A stretch of 64,000 nucleotides of DNA from an uncultured Candidatus Saccharibacteria bacterium (GCA_964448075.1 CAYUUR010000001.1:1785-65784); one strand, 5' to 3'; numbered from the stretch's first letter, positions 34,516 through 43,011 are shown. Numbers and translations: made by a program. Notes: generated by a model not told the origin, from the sequence alone.

Positions 34516-34713
34516 TTACTTTGTTACTTGATTTCGGCCAAGATTTTTCTTGGTTTCTGTATACCAAGTATGCTTTCGCAACACTGGATTATACTTTTTC
34601 AGACGCAGTTTGTCTGGAGTATTCATAGTGTTTTTCTTGGTGTAGTAGTGTCGGTGACCCGTCTCTTCACACACTAGACCAATTACTTTGCGTTTATCGC
34701 CTTTTTTTGCCAT
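34516..34713 (-). CDS. rpmG: 50S ribosomal protein L33
   Basis: 65 aa; KVIGLVCEETGHRHYYTKKN...LRLKKYNPVLRKHTWYTETK matches the L33 pattern. Confidence 0.9.
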   Translation of the reverse strand: MAKKGDKRKVIGLVCEETGHRHYYTKKNTMNTPDKLRLKKYNPVLRKHTWYTETKKNLGRNQVTK

Positions 34714-34919
34714 TATTTCTTCACCTCACTTTTCTTTGGAATGATGATTGCAAGTACAACATAGGCTACAACACCTGGGAATAGTCCAGTGATAACTGTA
34801 CCGAGCGCCCATCCAGCACGTACGAGTGTTGGATCAACGTCAAAATACTCAGCAATACCCGCACATACACCGTCGAGTTTGCGATCATCTTCTGATTTGT
34901 ATAGTATCTTCTTTGCCAT
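34713..34919 (-). CDS. PspC-domain membrane protein
   Basis: 68 aa; LYKSEDDRKLDGVCAGIAEYFDVDPTLVR plus one TM segment. Confidence 0.8.
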   Translation of the reverse strand: MAKKILYKSEDDRKLDGVCAGIAEYFDVDPTLVRAGWALGTVITGLFPGVVAYVVLAIIIPKKSEVKK

Positions 34920-34955
34920 TTACAACATTCTAACAGATTATAGTTGATATTTCAA

Positions 34956-35032
34956 TGGAGCCGTTGTAATCTTCGATTTCACCTGGCCTCCTTGGAAAAT
35001 ACGAGCAAACACGGTTGTTCAGTATTGTCCTC
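34956..35032 (-). repeat. tRNA-Thr-trailing structured unit u' (ends in a copy of the tRNA-Thr(GGU) acceptor 3' strand)
   Basis: Minus-sense GAGGACAATAC-TGAACAACCGTGTTTGCTC-GTATTTTCC-AAGGAGGCC..AATC-GAA-GATT-ACAACGGCTCCA; the last 12 nt match the tRNA 3' end at 35033-35044. Confidence 0.6.
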
Positions 35033-35107
<75 letters not shown>

Positions 35108-35137
35108 ACATTCAGTGGACTATGATAGCATTTTTAG

Positions 35138-35521
35138 CTATTTTCTGAAAGCTCTCTCTGAAGGTAGTTTCAGAGTATACAAGGGTGCAATCTCCTCGAC
35201 AACTGCCGCCTGCTCAACAATAAGCCAAGGCTTAACAGTGCTGGTTAATCCCCGCCGGACAATACTAAAGTATCTACTGTCTTCATCGGACATTTCGGTT
35301 ATTAATGGCTCAAAAAGCATTTCTGCGTCATCTGCACCGAGTCTTAGGTATTCAGCTGGCTGTGAATGTACGAAACACACCAATCTGCCTAAAGCATGCT
35401 CTTTATCCTGGGCAACTATAGTAAAGTCGACAGCTCGAACATCATCCTCGACCCTGCCCCAATACCATTTCTCGCGTTCATCCATTATATATACAGTAGA
35501 ACGGTTCACCATGCTTAACAA
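35138..35521 (-). CDS. hypothetical acidic protein (about 115-127 aa) between tRNA genes
   Basis: ORF-track start is TTG; ATG candidates at 35512 and 35485; no SD; no recognisable domain. Confidence 0.4.
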   Translation of the reverse strand: MLSMVNRSTVYIMDEREKWYWGRVEDDVRAVDFTIVAQDKEHALGRLVCFVHSQPAEYLRLGADDAEMLFEPLITEMSDEDSRYFSIVRRGLTSTVKPWLIVEQAAVVEEIAPLYTLKLPSERAFRK

Positions 35522-35679
35522 CTATAAACACCAATATTCTGTTGTAATTTCAATCTCGACAGTGTTGGATGAAAACACTTCCGTGGTTTTTTGAAAAAGT
35601 AAGAATTCGCTTAACAGATAAAAAGACCTCCGATGAGGCCTTAATTCAGTATGGTGCAGCATCATGGCTGAGATCAGAC

Positions 35680-35907
35680 CTATTTTAGACCTGAGCCCGC
35701 AGCACAGGTTGAGCCAATGACTTTACAGGACATTTCGCTTTTATGAGGATTTCTCACATATACTTCTGTCAGTTCACACTCTTGAACGCCGCCACATGTC
35801 ACGACAAGCTCGTCAGCTCCATCTCTTGTCATAAATTCTTCTACCGCTGGGTCGCAATTCCTATAGATAAGACAGTTATCCCATTCGATTGTCTCTTGCG
35901 TTCTCAT
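35680..35907 (-). CDS. hypothetical Cys-rich small protein (75 aa) between tRNA genes
   Basis: First ATG at 35905-35907. An extended -10-like TGATATACT ends about 7 nt upstream, so possibly leaderless. Confidence 0.35.
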   Translation of the reverse strand: MRTQETIEWDNCLIYRNCDPAVEEFMTRDGADELVVTCGGVQECELTEVYVRNPHKSEMSCKVIGSTCAAGSGLK

Positions 35908-35927
35908 TAGCAAAGTATATCAAATCT

Positions 35928-35951
35928 AAAAGACTTCCGAAGAAGTCTTTT
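35928..35951 (-). terminator. intrinsic terminator after tRNA-Tyr
   Basis: Perfect 10-bp stem AAAAGACTTC/GAAGTCTTTT with a 4-nt loop, 15 nt after the tRNA 3' end. Confidence 0.7.
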
Positions 35952-35965
35952 GAGCATAAGCGATT

Positions 35966-36051
35966 TGGTGCAGGGAGAGGGATTCGAACCCCCGAAGGCA
36001 TAAGCCAGCAGATTTACAGTCTGCCGTGTTTGACCGCTTCACTACCCCTGC
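35966..36051 (-). tRNA. tRNA-Tyr (anticodon GUA), long variable arm, CCA encoded
   Basis: Hand fold: anticodon arm GCAGA-CTGTAAA-TCTGC, long extra arm, T loop TTCGAAT. Confidence 0.88.
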
Positions 36052-36158
36052 ATATGAAGGAGCCGGAGCTCCTTCTTTGTTAAAACACTTCTTGAAACTA
36101 CACTCACATTGTAATCTCTTTTGATTAGGATTCCTCGCAATGGTCCTAATCAACTCAA

Positions 36159-36237
36159 TTCTGGAGCCGCCTGTAGCCTTCGGCTTCATCCGGCTTCCTC
36201 GAAAACATATTGCCAGCAAGCTGTCATATGTTTTCTG
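36159..36237 (-). repeat. tRNA-Thr-trailing structured unit u1
   Basis: Minus-sense GAAAACATAT-GACAGCTTGCTGGCA-ATATGTTTTC-GAGGAAGCC..AGCC-GAA-GGCT-ACAGGCGGCTCCA; the last 13 nt match the 3' end of tRNA-Thr(UGU). Confidence 0.6.
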
Positions 36238-36314
36238 TTGAGCCGCCTGTAACCCTTTGGGATGCAGTTGCTCCCTCAGAAAGTTCAAGCCAGCAAGCTG
36301 TCAGAACTTTCTTC
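36238..36314 (-). repeat. tRNA-Thr-trailing structured unit u2
   Basis: Minus-sense AGAAAGTTC-TGACAGCTTGCTGGCTT-GAACTTTCT-GAGGGAGCA..CCC-AAA-GGG-TTACAGGCGGCTCA; directly abuts the tRNA-Thr(UGU) 3' end. Confidence 0.6.
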
Positions 36315-36391
36315 TGGAGCCGCCTGTCGGATTCGAACCGACGACCTACGGTTTACAAAACCGTCGCTCTAACCAACTGAGCTAAGGCGGC
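36315..36391 (-). tRNA. tRNA-Thr (anticodon UGU), CCA encoded
   Basis: Hand fold: GCCGCCT acceptor, anticodon arm ACGGT-TTTGTAA-ACCGT, T arm GTCGG-TTCGAAT-CCGAC. Confidence 0.9.
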
Positions 36392-36434
36392 ATCAATTAC
36401 TTAAAAGTACCGCAGAAGTGTACCAAAACAGGGG

Positions 36435-37088
36435 TTAAATTACAACTCTTTTGGGGCGCACAACCCGTTTACGCTTGCCAGATGGCACGACTAACTTACT
36501 TAACTTTGCCTTAACTTCATCTGCTTCTGGCTGCATGCCGCGACTTTCATAGGCTTTCATAAGGAGTGTGTAACTTTCTTTGTTTGGCTCAAGTTCTATA
36601 GCTTTGTTTAGCTCATCAAACATTTGTTTGTCGTTATTGAGCTTTTCTAGCACTTTGGCGTAAGCGATATGTCGCGCGGCAAGCTGATCATCGAGTTTCA
36701 GCGCTTGTTCAAAGGCAACAGCTGCTTTCTGGTAATTCTCTGTTTCATAGTATATAAGGCCGAGGTTGTGAAGGCTCGACTGCGTTGCTTCTATGCTTGA
36801 AGCAATTTCAAAACAGTCGATGGCGTCTTTGTATTCCTTTTGCTTTGCGTACAGTATGCCAAGGCGGTTATAGGCAGCAGCATTCTTTTCGTCGATCTTT
36901 AGAATAGTCAGAAGTGCTTTCTCTGCACGTAAGAAACGGTTTTCACGCATTCCTTGATGGGCAATATCCCAGAGTTTTCCTACTTTATCCGATATTTTAC
37001 GTGGAAGTGGTGACAGCTCCTCGTCACGCCATTGTGTGCTGCGTAATGCGAACATTCCGAATCCTGCGATGAGTAGTAATGCAAACAT
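36435..37088 (-). CDS. membrane-anchored TPR-repeat protein
   Basis: 217 aa; N-terminal TM then several TPR-like repeats (AAYNRLGILYAKQKEYKDAIDCFE...). Confidence 0.7.
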   Translation of the reverse strand: MFALLLIAGFGMFALRSTQWRDEELSPLPRKISDKVGKLWDIAHQGMRENRFLRAEKALLTILKIDEKNAAAYNRLGILYAKQKEYKDAIDCFEIASSIEATQSSLHNLGLIYYETENYQKAAVAFEQALKLDDQLAARHIAYAKVLEKLNNDKQMFDELNKAIELEPNKESYTLLMKAYESRGMQPEADEVKAKLSKLVVPSGKRKRVVRPKRVVI

Positions 37089-37116
37089 TGCTAGCTATTA
37101 TAGCATGCCTGGGCAA

Positions 37117-37977
37117 CTATATTTGCAGAGCAAGGTCAGTCAGTATAAGCTTTTTGTTAACGCCAGACCGAGTTGATGACTCACTGTGTGAGATTGCTTC
37201 ACGGCATGATTGCCAGCGCTTTACTTGTTGCGACTGCTTTTTGGACGCTGCTGCGCGTTGCCCTATTTGAGCAATTCTATCCATTGCCCACAGTAAGTCT
37301 GTAATCGTTGCTTGTTCTTTGGCAAGTGTCTCAATCATCGTTAAGCGCTGATATTGATCTGCAACAATGAACTGTTTTGCAATGTCAATCTGCCCAATGA
37401 GTGGGTGTTCCTCTTCTGCCAGTAAGGCGTGTGTAAGGCCAGGTAAACCTGCACTTAAAAGGATCATTTTGTCGATTTCGTTAGAAGCTGAAAACTCACG
37501 AGAAAAGTACTCTTTAATGACTGCTGACTGAGGGCAAATTACCTCACATGCCTGCATTCTTGAGTGGATGGTTCTGAGCAATTTTTGAGGCTGGCTGGCA
37601 GTCAAGATAATGCAGGTATCAGCAGGCGGTTCTTCGAGTGTTTTAAGTAAGGCATTCTGGGCCTCGTTTGTCATAGTGTCTGCGTCTGAAATGTGTATAA
37701 CACGGCGAATGCCGGCTTTGCCAGGCGTTATGAGCTTCAAGAATGCCGTGATTTCACGAACGTGCTCAATTGATATTGATGCGTCCTCTGCAATATGTTT
37801 GTAGTATGGATAGTCGGCAAGTTTACTCGGTTCGATGTTAAGTAACCTTGCTACGTACCATTTAGCAACCGTGTCTTTACCAACACCTCGCTGTCCAGTA
37901 AGTAATATAGTGTGTGGCTTTTTTTTCAGAAAAGCTTCAAGCGTCTGTTGTGTACGTGGATGGAGTAGAACTTCCAT
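37117..37977 (-). CDS. holB: DNA polymerase III subunit delta'
   Basis: 286 aa; LLTGQRGVGKDT P-loop-like and ALLKTLEEPP clamp-loader box. Confidence 0.75.
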   Translation of the reverse strand: MEVLLHPRTQQTLEAFLKKKPHTILLTGQRGVGKDTVAKWYVARLLNIEPSKLADYPYYKHIAEDASISIEHVREITAFLKLITPGKAGIRRVIHISDADTMTNEAQNALLKTLEEPPADTCIILTASQPQKLLRTIHSRMQACEVICPQSAVIKEYFSREFSASNEIDKMILLSAGLPGLTHALLAEEEHPLIGQIDIAKQFIVADQYQRLTMIETLAKEQATITDLLWAMDRIAQIGQRAAASKKQSQQVKRWQSCREAISHSESSTRSGVNKKLILTDLALQI

Positions 37978-37983
37978 ATATCG

Positions 37984-38841
37984 CTAGCCTATCATGACAG
38001 TGAAGTTATCTGGCAAAGGTGACTCAAACACTTTGCGTTCGCTACTTGGCAGTGTTATTTCAAGCGAAGTTGCGTGCAAGTACATGCGATCAGCTGGTTC
38101 TCCGCCATATAGAATGTCCCCAACGATTGGATGCTTGATATGCTGCAAATGAACGCGCAGCTGATGCGTACGCCCTGTGTAGGGATAAAGTGCCAGGTGG
38201 GTATGGACACCATCGGTTGCGATTACTTTATATGTCGTTGTTGCGGTTTTGCCGTGCACAGTTGGGTAAAAGCTTTTGGGGTCTTTTGGATTTCTTCCAA
38301 TAGGTATGTCAATCACAGCCTCCGCTGGGTCTACGGTGCCAGTGACGATAGCTTGATAGCTTTTCTTTACTTTGCGCAACGAGAACTGCTTTTGCAGAAA
38401 GCTTAAAGCTTCTGGGGTCTTTGCACAAATAATGACCCCTGAAGTCGCCCTATCAAGCCTATGAACAATACCGCCACGATCACCGGTTTGATCACGTAGT
38501 TTTGGCGCAATAAACGTGGCTACTGTAGCCTCTGGGTTAAATGCACCTTTGCTATGAGTTAAAACGCCGGCTGGCTTATTGATTACAATACAATCGTCGT
38601 CTTCATACAGTACAGGCAGATCGATATCAGGAATGATCTGTGCTTGCTCAAAGTCAAAGTCAACTTCTATAGTATCGTTTTCACGAATCTTATAGCTCGG
38701 TCGTTCTTTTTGACCGTTCACGGTCACCTTATTCTGATCAAACAGCTTACCGACAAATGCCCGACTGACAGCGTCAGCATGCTTTGTTATGGTTACATCT
38801 AATCGTGCACCAGTGTCATCCAACGAGGCCTTAAACTTCAT
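37984..38841 (-). CDS. rluD: RluA-family 23S rRNA pseudouridine synthase (RluD-like) with S4 domain
   Basis: 285 aa; catalytic HRLDRATSG motif; N-terminal S4-like domain. Confidence 0.85.
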   Translation of the reverse strand: MKFKASLDDTGARLDVTITKHADAVSRAFVGKLFDQNKVTVNGQKERPSYKIRENDTIEVDFDFEQAQIIPDIDLPVLYEDDDCIVINKPAGVLTHSKGAFNPEATVATFIAPKLRDQTGDRGGIVHRLDRATSGVIICAKTPEALSFLQKQFSLRKVKKSYQAIVTGTVDPAEAVIDIPIGRNPKDPKSFYPTVHGKTATTTYKVIATDGVHTHLALYPYTGRTHQLRVHLQHIKHPIVGDILYGGEPADRMYLHATSLEITLPSSERKVFESPLPDNFTVMIG

Positions 38842-38850
38842 AGTCGTATG

Positions 38851-39882
38851 CTATTTCCTCAATCCAACGGCTTTTTGCACGCGGTTGAGTGTTTGGTTGG
38901 CTACTACGTTCATCGCTTCTTCAGACGAAACAAGCTTAGCATCAACTGCTTTTTGGTCGATAGCTGCAAACTTGGCCTGAAAATCTGTAAGGAATGATTT
39001 TACGACGTCTGCTGTTGCTTGCTTTAATGGTCCGTATTGCGTTTGACCTTCAAATTCAGCAATGACTTCCTTGAGTTCGCGGCCACTTAATGCGCTCAGG
39101 ATAGTTAGAAGGTTGCTGATCCCCGGACGTTCTTTCATATCAAATTTTATCTCGTTAAAGCTGTCAGTTGCTGCACTCATAATCTTCTTGGCGGCTGCTT
39201 CTGGCGTATCGCCAAGGAAGATAACACCTTTACCTGTTTCATCTGATTTGCTCATTTTTTTGGTTGGATCAATCAGATCACGAATTCGTAAGCGTTCTTG
39301 AGATTCAGCAAAAGCAATCTGAGCTTTCTCCGGTTCTGGTGGTCTAAATAACTCACCAAACTTATTGTTCATTCGTATGGCAATGTCGCGGGCCAGCTCT
39401 ACATGCTGAGTCTGATCAGCACCTACAGGCACATACTTAGCGCCGTAAAGGATAATGTCTGCTGTCATCAGCACCGGGTAGCCAAATAGGCCGACACTAA
39501 CATTAGCCTTGCCATCTGATTTCTCTTTGTATTGAGTCATACGGTTTAGTTCACCCATGTAGGTAAAGCAGTTGAGAATGATCGTAAGCTCACTATGGGC
39601 AGGTACCATGCTCTGTCGATACACGAAGGTGTCATTATTTGACAGGTCTAGCCCTGATGCCACAAACAGTCGCACATTATGCATCGTTTGCTCATACAGC
39701 TTACTGTGGTCTATTGGTGTGGTGAAGCTATGCAGATCAGGCACGAACAGATTGATCTGATACTCACCAGCATATTGCTTTTGCATTTGGACAATGGGTA
39801 ACAACGCTCCAAGGTAGTTGCCAAGGTGCAAGTCGTTATTGGCACGCAGGCCGGTCAAAATTACTGGTTTACTCATCGTCAC
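38851..39882 (-). CDS. trpS: tryptophan--tRNA ligase
   Basis: 343 aa; class I HIGH-like HLGNYLGA and KMSKS motifs; TrpRS-like. Confidence 0.93.
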   Translation of the reverse strand: MTMSKPVILTGLRANNDLHLGNYLGALLPIVQMQKQYAGEYQINLFVPDLHSFTTPIDHSKLYEQTMHNVRLFVASGLDLSNNDTFVYRQSMVPAHSELTIILNCFTYMGELNRMTQYKEKSDGKANVSVGLFGYPVLMTADIILYGAKYVPVGADQTQHVELARDIAIRMNNKFGELFRPPEPEKAQIAFAESQERLRIRDLIDPTKKMSKSDETGKGVIFLGDTPEAAAKKIMSAATDSFNEIKFDMKERPGISNLLTILSALSGRELKEVIAEFEGQTQYGPLKQATADVVKSFLTDFQAKFAAIDQKAVDAKLVSSEEAMNVVANQTLNRVQKAVGLRK

Positions 39883-40561
39883 TACCTATAATAACCTTTT
39901 CTTTCTTGCGCGCAAAGAAGCCGGCGTAGGTTGCATACTCTTTTTCGCCGTACAGAAACGGATAGCCGTTAATTTGGCTGCTGTATTGATAGTTCTGCAT
40001 AGGCTTATTCAAGTAACTACTATCAAGCAAGTCTTCAATATAGAAGACCTCGATTGAACCAGCTTGTTCGCGGCCATTACTATTTGCAATACGCTTAGCA
40101 AGTCGCTTTGCCTCGCCTATGGTCTGAAGCGCATCTGCACCATATTCAATCGAGATGCCGCATTGCACGTTGCCTATTAAAGCATGCTCAACAATATGTG
40201 GCGGCATCACCACGGCTCGTTCCATACCAAGGCCGAGGGCTATCCGCAATATCTCAGGGCTTGCCTCGCGGATGATTGCGACTTTGCCAACGTCAGACGT
40301 TGACGAATGGATGTCTAGCACCAGTTGGTACTGGCGGGCCTTTTTGAGTATTTGCTGCGCACGTCTGACCTCAGCTAACCCTATGTCTTTAGTAGCGTAT
40401 GCACGATTCATGTCAATTGTGATGAATCGCTTGTTTTGCATAAAGGCTATGGGGTTTCCCAATAGAACGGCTTGTTTTAGCTCAGCGAGCGCCTCAGCAA
40501 CGAGCGCGCCAAAGCGCTCGTTGCCATGTTGGCAATATATCGTAAGAGTAGCCTTATTCAT
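39869..40561 (-). CDS. AstE/AspA-family (succinylglutamate desuccinylase/aspartoacylase-like) zinc deacylase
   Basis: 230 aa; QHGNERFG, DMNR and LDIHSST motifs typical of the family. Confidence 0.55.
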   Translation of the reverse strand: MNKATLTIYCQHGNERFGALVAEALAELKQAVLLGNPIAFMQNKRFITIDMNRAYATKDIGLAEVRRAQQILKKARQYQLVLDIHSSTSDVGKVAIIREASPEILRIALGLGMERAVVMPPHIVEHALIGNVQCGISIEYGADALQTIGEAKRLAKRIANSNGREQAGSIEVFYIEDLLDSSYLNKPMQNYQYSSQINGYPFLYGEKEYATYAGFFARKKEKVIIGSDDE

Positions 40562-41180
40562 GAATTTCTCCTATGAGCATTACTGCATCTGTTATGTTAC
40601 GTAGGTCGTATACTGTTTCAAACTGCTCTTGTATGACTGGGTTCCTGTGAGTTGGAATCCTGCCATAAAGATTTCGAGGGTATCTATCGCGATGGTACGG
40701 CAAATCGTCTTGTGGTAGTCCAATTTTAGTAGCCAACCTTGCGACTTCAGCTTCTGATACTATCGATCCATGTGGACTTCTAGCTGTTGGCTGAACAAGA
40801 TTGCAAACCGTCTCGAACATCCTTAGAATCGCTGGGTTTCGCGTGACGGCAAATAATCGTTTTGCGTTGGTTGTCTCAATTGCTTCTCGTAGCATCGATG
40901 TCCCTATCTTCCGGTTTTGAGCTTGTTGACGAATAACAATTCCATTTAAGTATAGGAGTGCTCCAGGATACTCTTCATACATAGCAAACCCAACAAGCTG
41001 TTCTTCCGAAAACACATACTGAACTAAGCCTGCTGTTCGCAGGTGCTCTTCTGCGTCAACAATGCAGTCATCTAGTGTCCTGCCGCCGAAGCCAGTTTGC
41101 ACGACTTCTCCTGCAGACATACTATTAACCTGTGTTTCCGAAGTATATGGCGCCAGCGGTGTGATCTTTATATCGTTCAT
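40554..41180 (-). CDS. GNAT-family N-acetyltransferase
   Basis: 208 aa; acetyl-CoA site IVIRQQAQNRKIGTSML; 8-nt overlap with the downstream deacylase gene. Confidence 0.65.
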   Translation of the reverse strand: MNDIKITPLAPYTSETQVNSMSAGEVVQTGFGGRTLDDCIVDAEEHLRTAGLVQYVFSEEQLVGFAMYEEYPGALLYLNGIVIRQQAQNRKIGTSMLREAIETTNAKRLFAVTRNPAILRMFETVCNLVQPTARSPHGSIVSEAEVARLATKIGLPQDDLPYHRDRYPRNLYGRIPTHRNPVIQEQFETVYDLRNITDAVMLIGEIHE

Positions 41181-41318
41181 CGCCTTTCCCCCGTGTTGCT
41201 ATGAATGTGGGCGTTTGGCTTGCCGCTACAGGCCGCGAATCCATTCACGGTCTTTCTACCAGTTTGGTTGATTTCAAGAGCTATTTTCTGGGCATGAACG
41301 GCAAATGCCTGATCCTGC

Positions 41319-41573
41319 TTACTGAATGACTGGCCAAACTGACTCCTGTGCACCTTTGGGTGCAACAAGTACGTCACGAGCGCCTGCTAGTATTGCAAGG
41401 TAGTCGCGCTTCAACTCTGATTTCATGTCAAATACATCAATCTCAACACAAACACCGACAGCTGAACGTGCAGCAGCTAGTAGCATCTGGGATTGCATGA
41501 ATGGTTTCAATTTTTCTTGTTGTATTTGATCAGCAATTTCTTGAATATGCTTATTTCTTTCTTCTAATTCCAT
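41319..41573 (-). CDS. hypothetical small protein (84 aa)
   Basis: ATG with SD AAGGAGA; no recognisable domain. Confidence 0.45.
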   Translation of the reverse strand: MELEERNKHIQEIADQIQQEKLKPFMQSQMLLAAARSAVGVCVEIDVFDMKSELKRDYLAILAGARDVLVAPKGAQESVWPVIQ

Positions 41574-41614
41574 AGTTTCTCCTTAGTATTCTTTCAAAAT
41601 TCTTACATATTTTG

Positions 41615-41863
41615 TTATGTTGCTCGTTTATCACGCGCTTCTTTTTGTTTGACTTGTGCTTCGCGTAGTTGGGCTAGTGCCATAACTGCTGTTCTGTGCA
41701 TTTGCTCAAGTTTACCGCGATGTTCTTCTTCGTCCTGGCCTTCAATAAATCTTGACTGCCAGTTTTCGTTTTCCCATGATGCCCATTCTGCAATTAGTTC
41801 ATCTCCTCGTTGGTTAATGTTGTTTTCTTGCTCTGGGGTCATAGGTGATTCAAATTCGTTCAT
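41615..41863 (-). CDS. hypothetical small acidic protein (82 aa)
   Basis: ATG with SD-like AAAGGAA; no recognisable domain. Confidence 0.45.
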   Translation of the reverse strand: MNEFESPMTPEQENNINQRGDELIAEWASWENENWQSRFIEGQDEEEHRGKLEQMHRTAVMALAQLREAQVKQKEARDKRAT

Positions 41864-41886
41864 GTTAGTTCCTTTTCGTTAGTATT

Positions 41887-42012
41887 AAAAAAACCGCCTT
41901 GTGGCGGTTCGCGAGTTAGTTGTTTTACAAAATTATGCTAATACGAAACAGAACGCCACATGGAGGTGGAGTTATACCAATAACCAAAAAAGTTTATGAT
42001 ATGTTTCATAAC
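41887..42012 (-). ncRNA. candidate small RNA (~125 nt) or 23-aa peptide transcript
   Basis: Bounded by a TTGACA-17-TATCTT promoter and the terminator AACCGCC-ACAA-GGCGGTT followed by U7. Contains a CCAC-CUCCAU-GUGG hairpin and the small ORF MKHIINFFGYWYNSTSMWRSVSY, which has no SD. Confidence 0.35.
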
Positions 42013-42018
42013 TACAGT

Positions 42019-42047
42019 AAGATACGTCATTAAGTGTATTCTGTCAA
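42019..42047 (-). promoter_or_regulatory. sigma70-type promoter of the candidate small RNA
   Basis: Minus strand TTGACA (42042-42047), 17-nt spacer, TATCTT (42019-42024). Confidence 0.4.
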
Positions 42048-42054
42048 ATACATA

Positions 42055-42089
42055 AATAGAATGTTCGGATTTACTCCGAACATTCTATT
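42055..42089 (-). terminator. 15-bp perfect hairpin, probable rplM-rpsI terminator
   Basis: AATAGAATGTTCGGA / TCCGAACATTCTATT with a 5-nt loop; U-rich tail on the minus strand. Confidence 0.55.
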
Positions 42090-42172
42090 ACAGTTTCCGG
42101 GAAGAGCAGCCCGACAAAATGTATCATTTTGCCGGAGCGACGAGAAACCCTAACCAGGGTGTCTCGTTACGT

Positions 42173-42571
42173 CTAACGCTTCGTGAACTGTCGTTGCTTA
42201 CGTGCGCCCTTAAGACCGAACTTCTTACGTTCTTTCTCACGTGGGTCACGACCAAGCAGGTCAGCGCGCTTAAGCGTGCTTTTGAGGTCTTCGTTCATGA
42301 CTGCAAGTGCCTTAGCGATGCCAAGACGGATTGCATCAACCTGACCGGCATGTCCGCCGCCACTCACAACAGCTGATACATTGTACTTATCAGTCTGTTC
42401 TAGTACAGCAAAAGGACGCTCAAGTTCTGTCATCAAGTTTTTGCTACTTGCAAGATACTCAACTGCAGGCTTGCCGTTGATGGTAATCTCGCCTTTGCCG
42501 CTTGTGAGGCGTACACGTGCTGTGGCGCTCTTACGACGGCCCAGTGCGTAGAAATAGTTATTTGTAGCCAT
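42173..42571 (-). CDS. rpsI: 30S ribosomal protein S9
   Basis: 132 aa; ends in KKFGLKGARKQRQFTKR, typical of S9. Confidence 0.96.
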   Translation of the reverse strand: MATNNYFYALGRRKSATARVRLTSGKGEITINGKPAVEYLASSKNLMTELERPFAVLEQTDKYNVSAVVSGGGHAGQVDAIRLGIAKALAVMNEDLKSTLKRADLLGRDPREKERKKFGLKGARKQRQFTKR

Positions 42572-43011
42572 TACTTACCTTCCTTTACAGAATACTTCTG
42601 TGGCTTCTGTGGTGCATGCTGGTGTTCACTACCTGCATAGATCTTCAAACGAGCAAGACGTCCATCACGTAGCTTGTTCACAGGCAACATGCCGCGTACG
42701 GCCTTGAAGATAACTTCTGTTGGGTCTTGATCAAGCTGTTCTTGTAGTGTCTTCTCTCTAAGCCCACCTGGGTAGTGGCTGTGCTTGTAGTAAACTTTCT
42801 TTAGTTTTTTATCACCTGTTACTACCAAATCTGCAGCGTTGATGACAACAACAAAGTCACCGCAATCAATGTGCTTGGTGAAGCTTGGCTTGCCTTTGCC
42901 TGTCAGTAGTGTAGCAACAACTGTTGCAACACGGCCAAGTGGTGCTTCAGCAGCATCAACTTCGTGCCAAGCGCGTGTCACATCTTCTGGTTTGGCGCTA
43001 TAAGTTTTCAT
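42571..43011 (-). CDS. rplM: 50S ribosomal protein L13
   Basis: 146 aa; L13-like, upstream of rpsI. Confidence 0.95.
   Translation of the reverse strand: MKTYSAKPEDVTRAWHEVDAAEAPLGRVATVVATLLTGKGKPSFTKHIDCGDFVVVINAADLVVTGDKKLKKVYYKHSHYPGGLREKTLQEQLDQDPTEVIFKAVRGMLPVNKLRDGRLARLKIYAGSEHQHAPQKPQKYSVKEGK

Noticed and set aside
35926-36288. 120-aa minus-strand ORF in the ORF track
   Set aside because: It runs straight through tRNA-Tyr and the tRNA-Thr-trailing repeats. Its apparent internal repeat (LHPKGLQAAQ / MKPKATGGSR) is just the translated nucleotide repeat. Treated as non-coding.
36159-36314. CRISPR array or tRNA pseudogenes as the explanation for the 77-nt tandem units
   Set aside because: There is no constant-repeat/variable-spacer pattern and no cas genes. 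The units lack a 5' acceptor strand and do not fold as cloverleaves, so neither label fits. The small ORF starting in u1 (MKPKATGG...) reads through tRNA-Tyr and is not credible.
41177-41377. 66-aa minus-strand ORF between the GNAT gene and the 84-aa ORF
   Set aside because: It overlaps the 84-aa ORF in another frame and has no SD and an implausible composition. The spacer probably holds the GNAT gene's upstream region.
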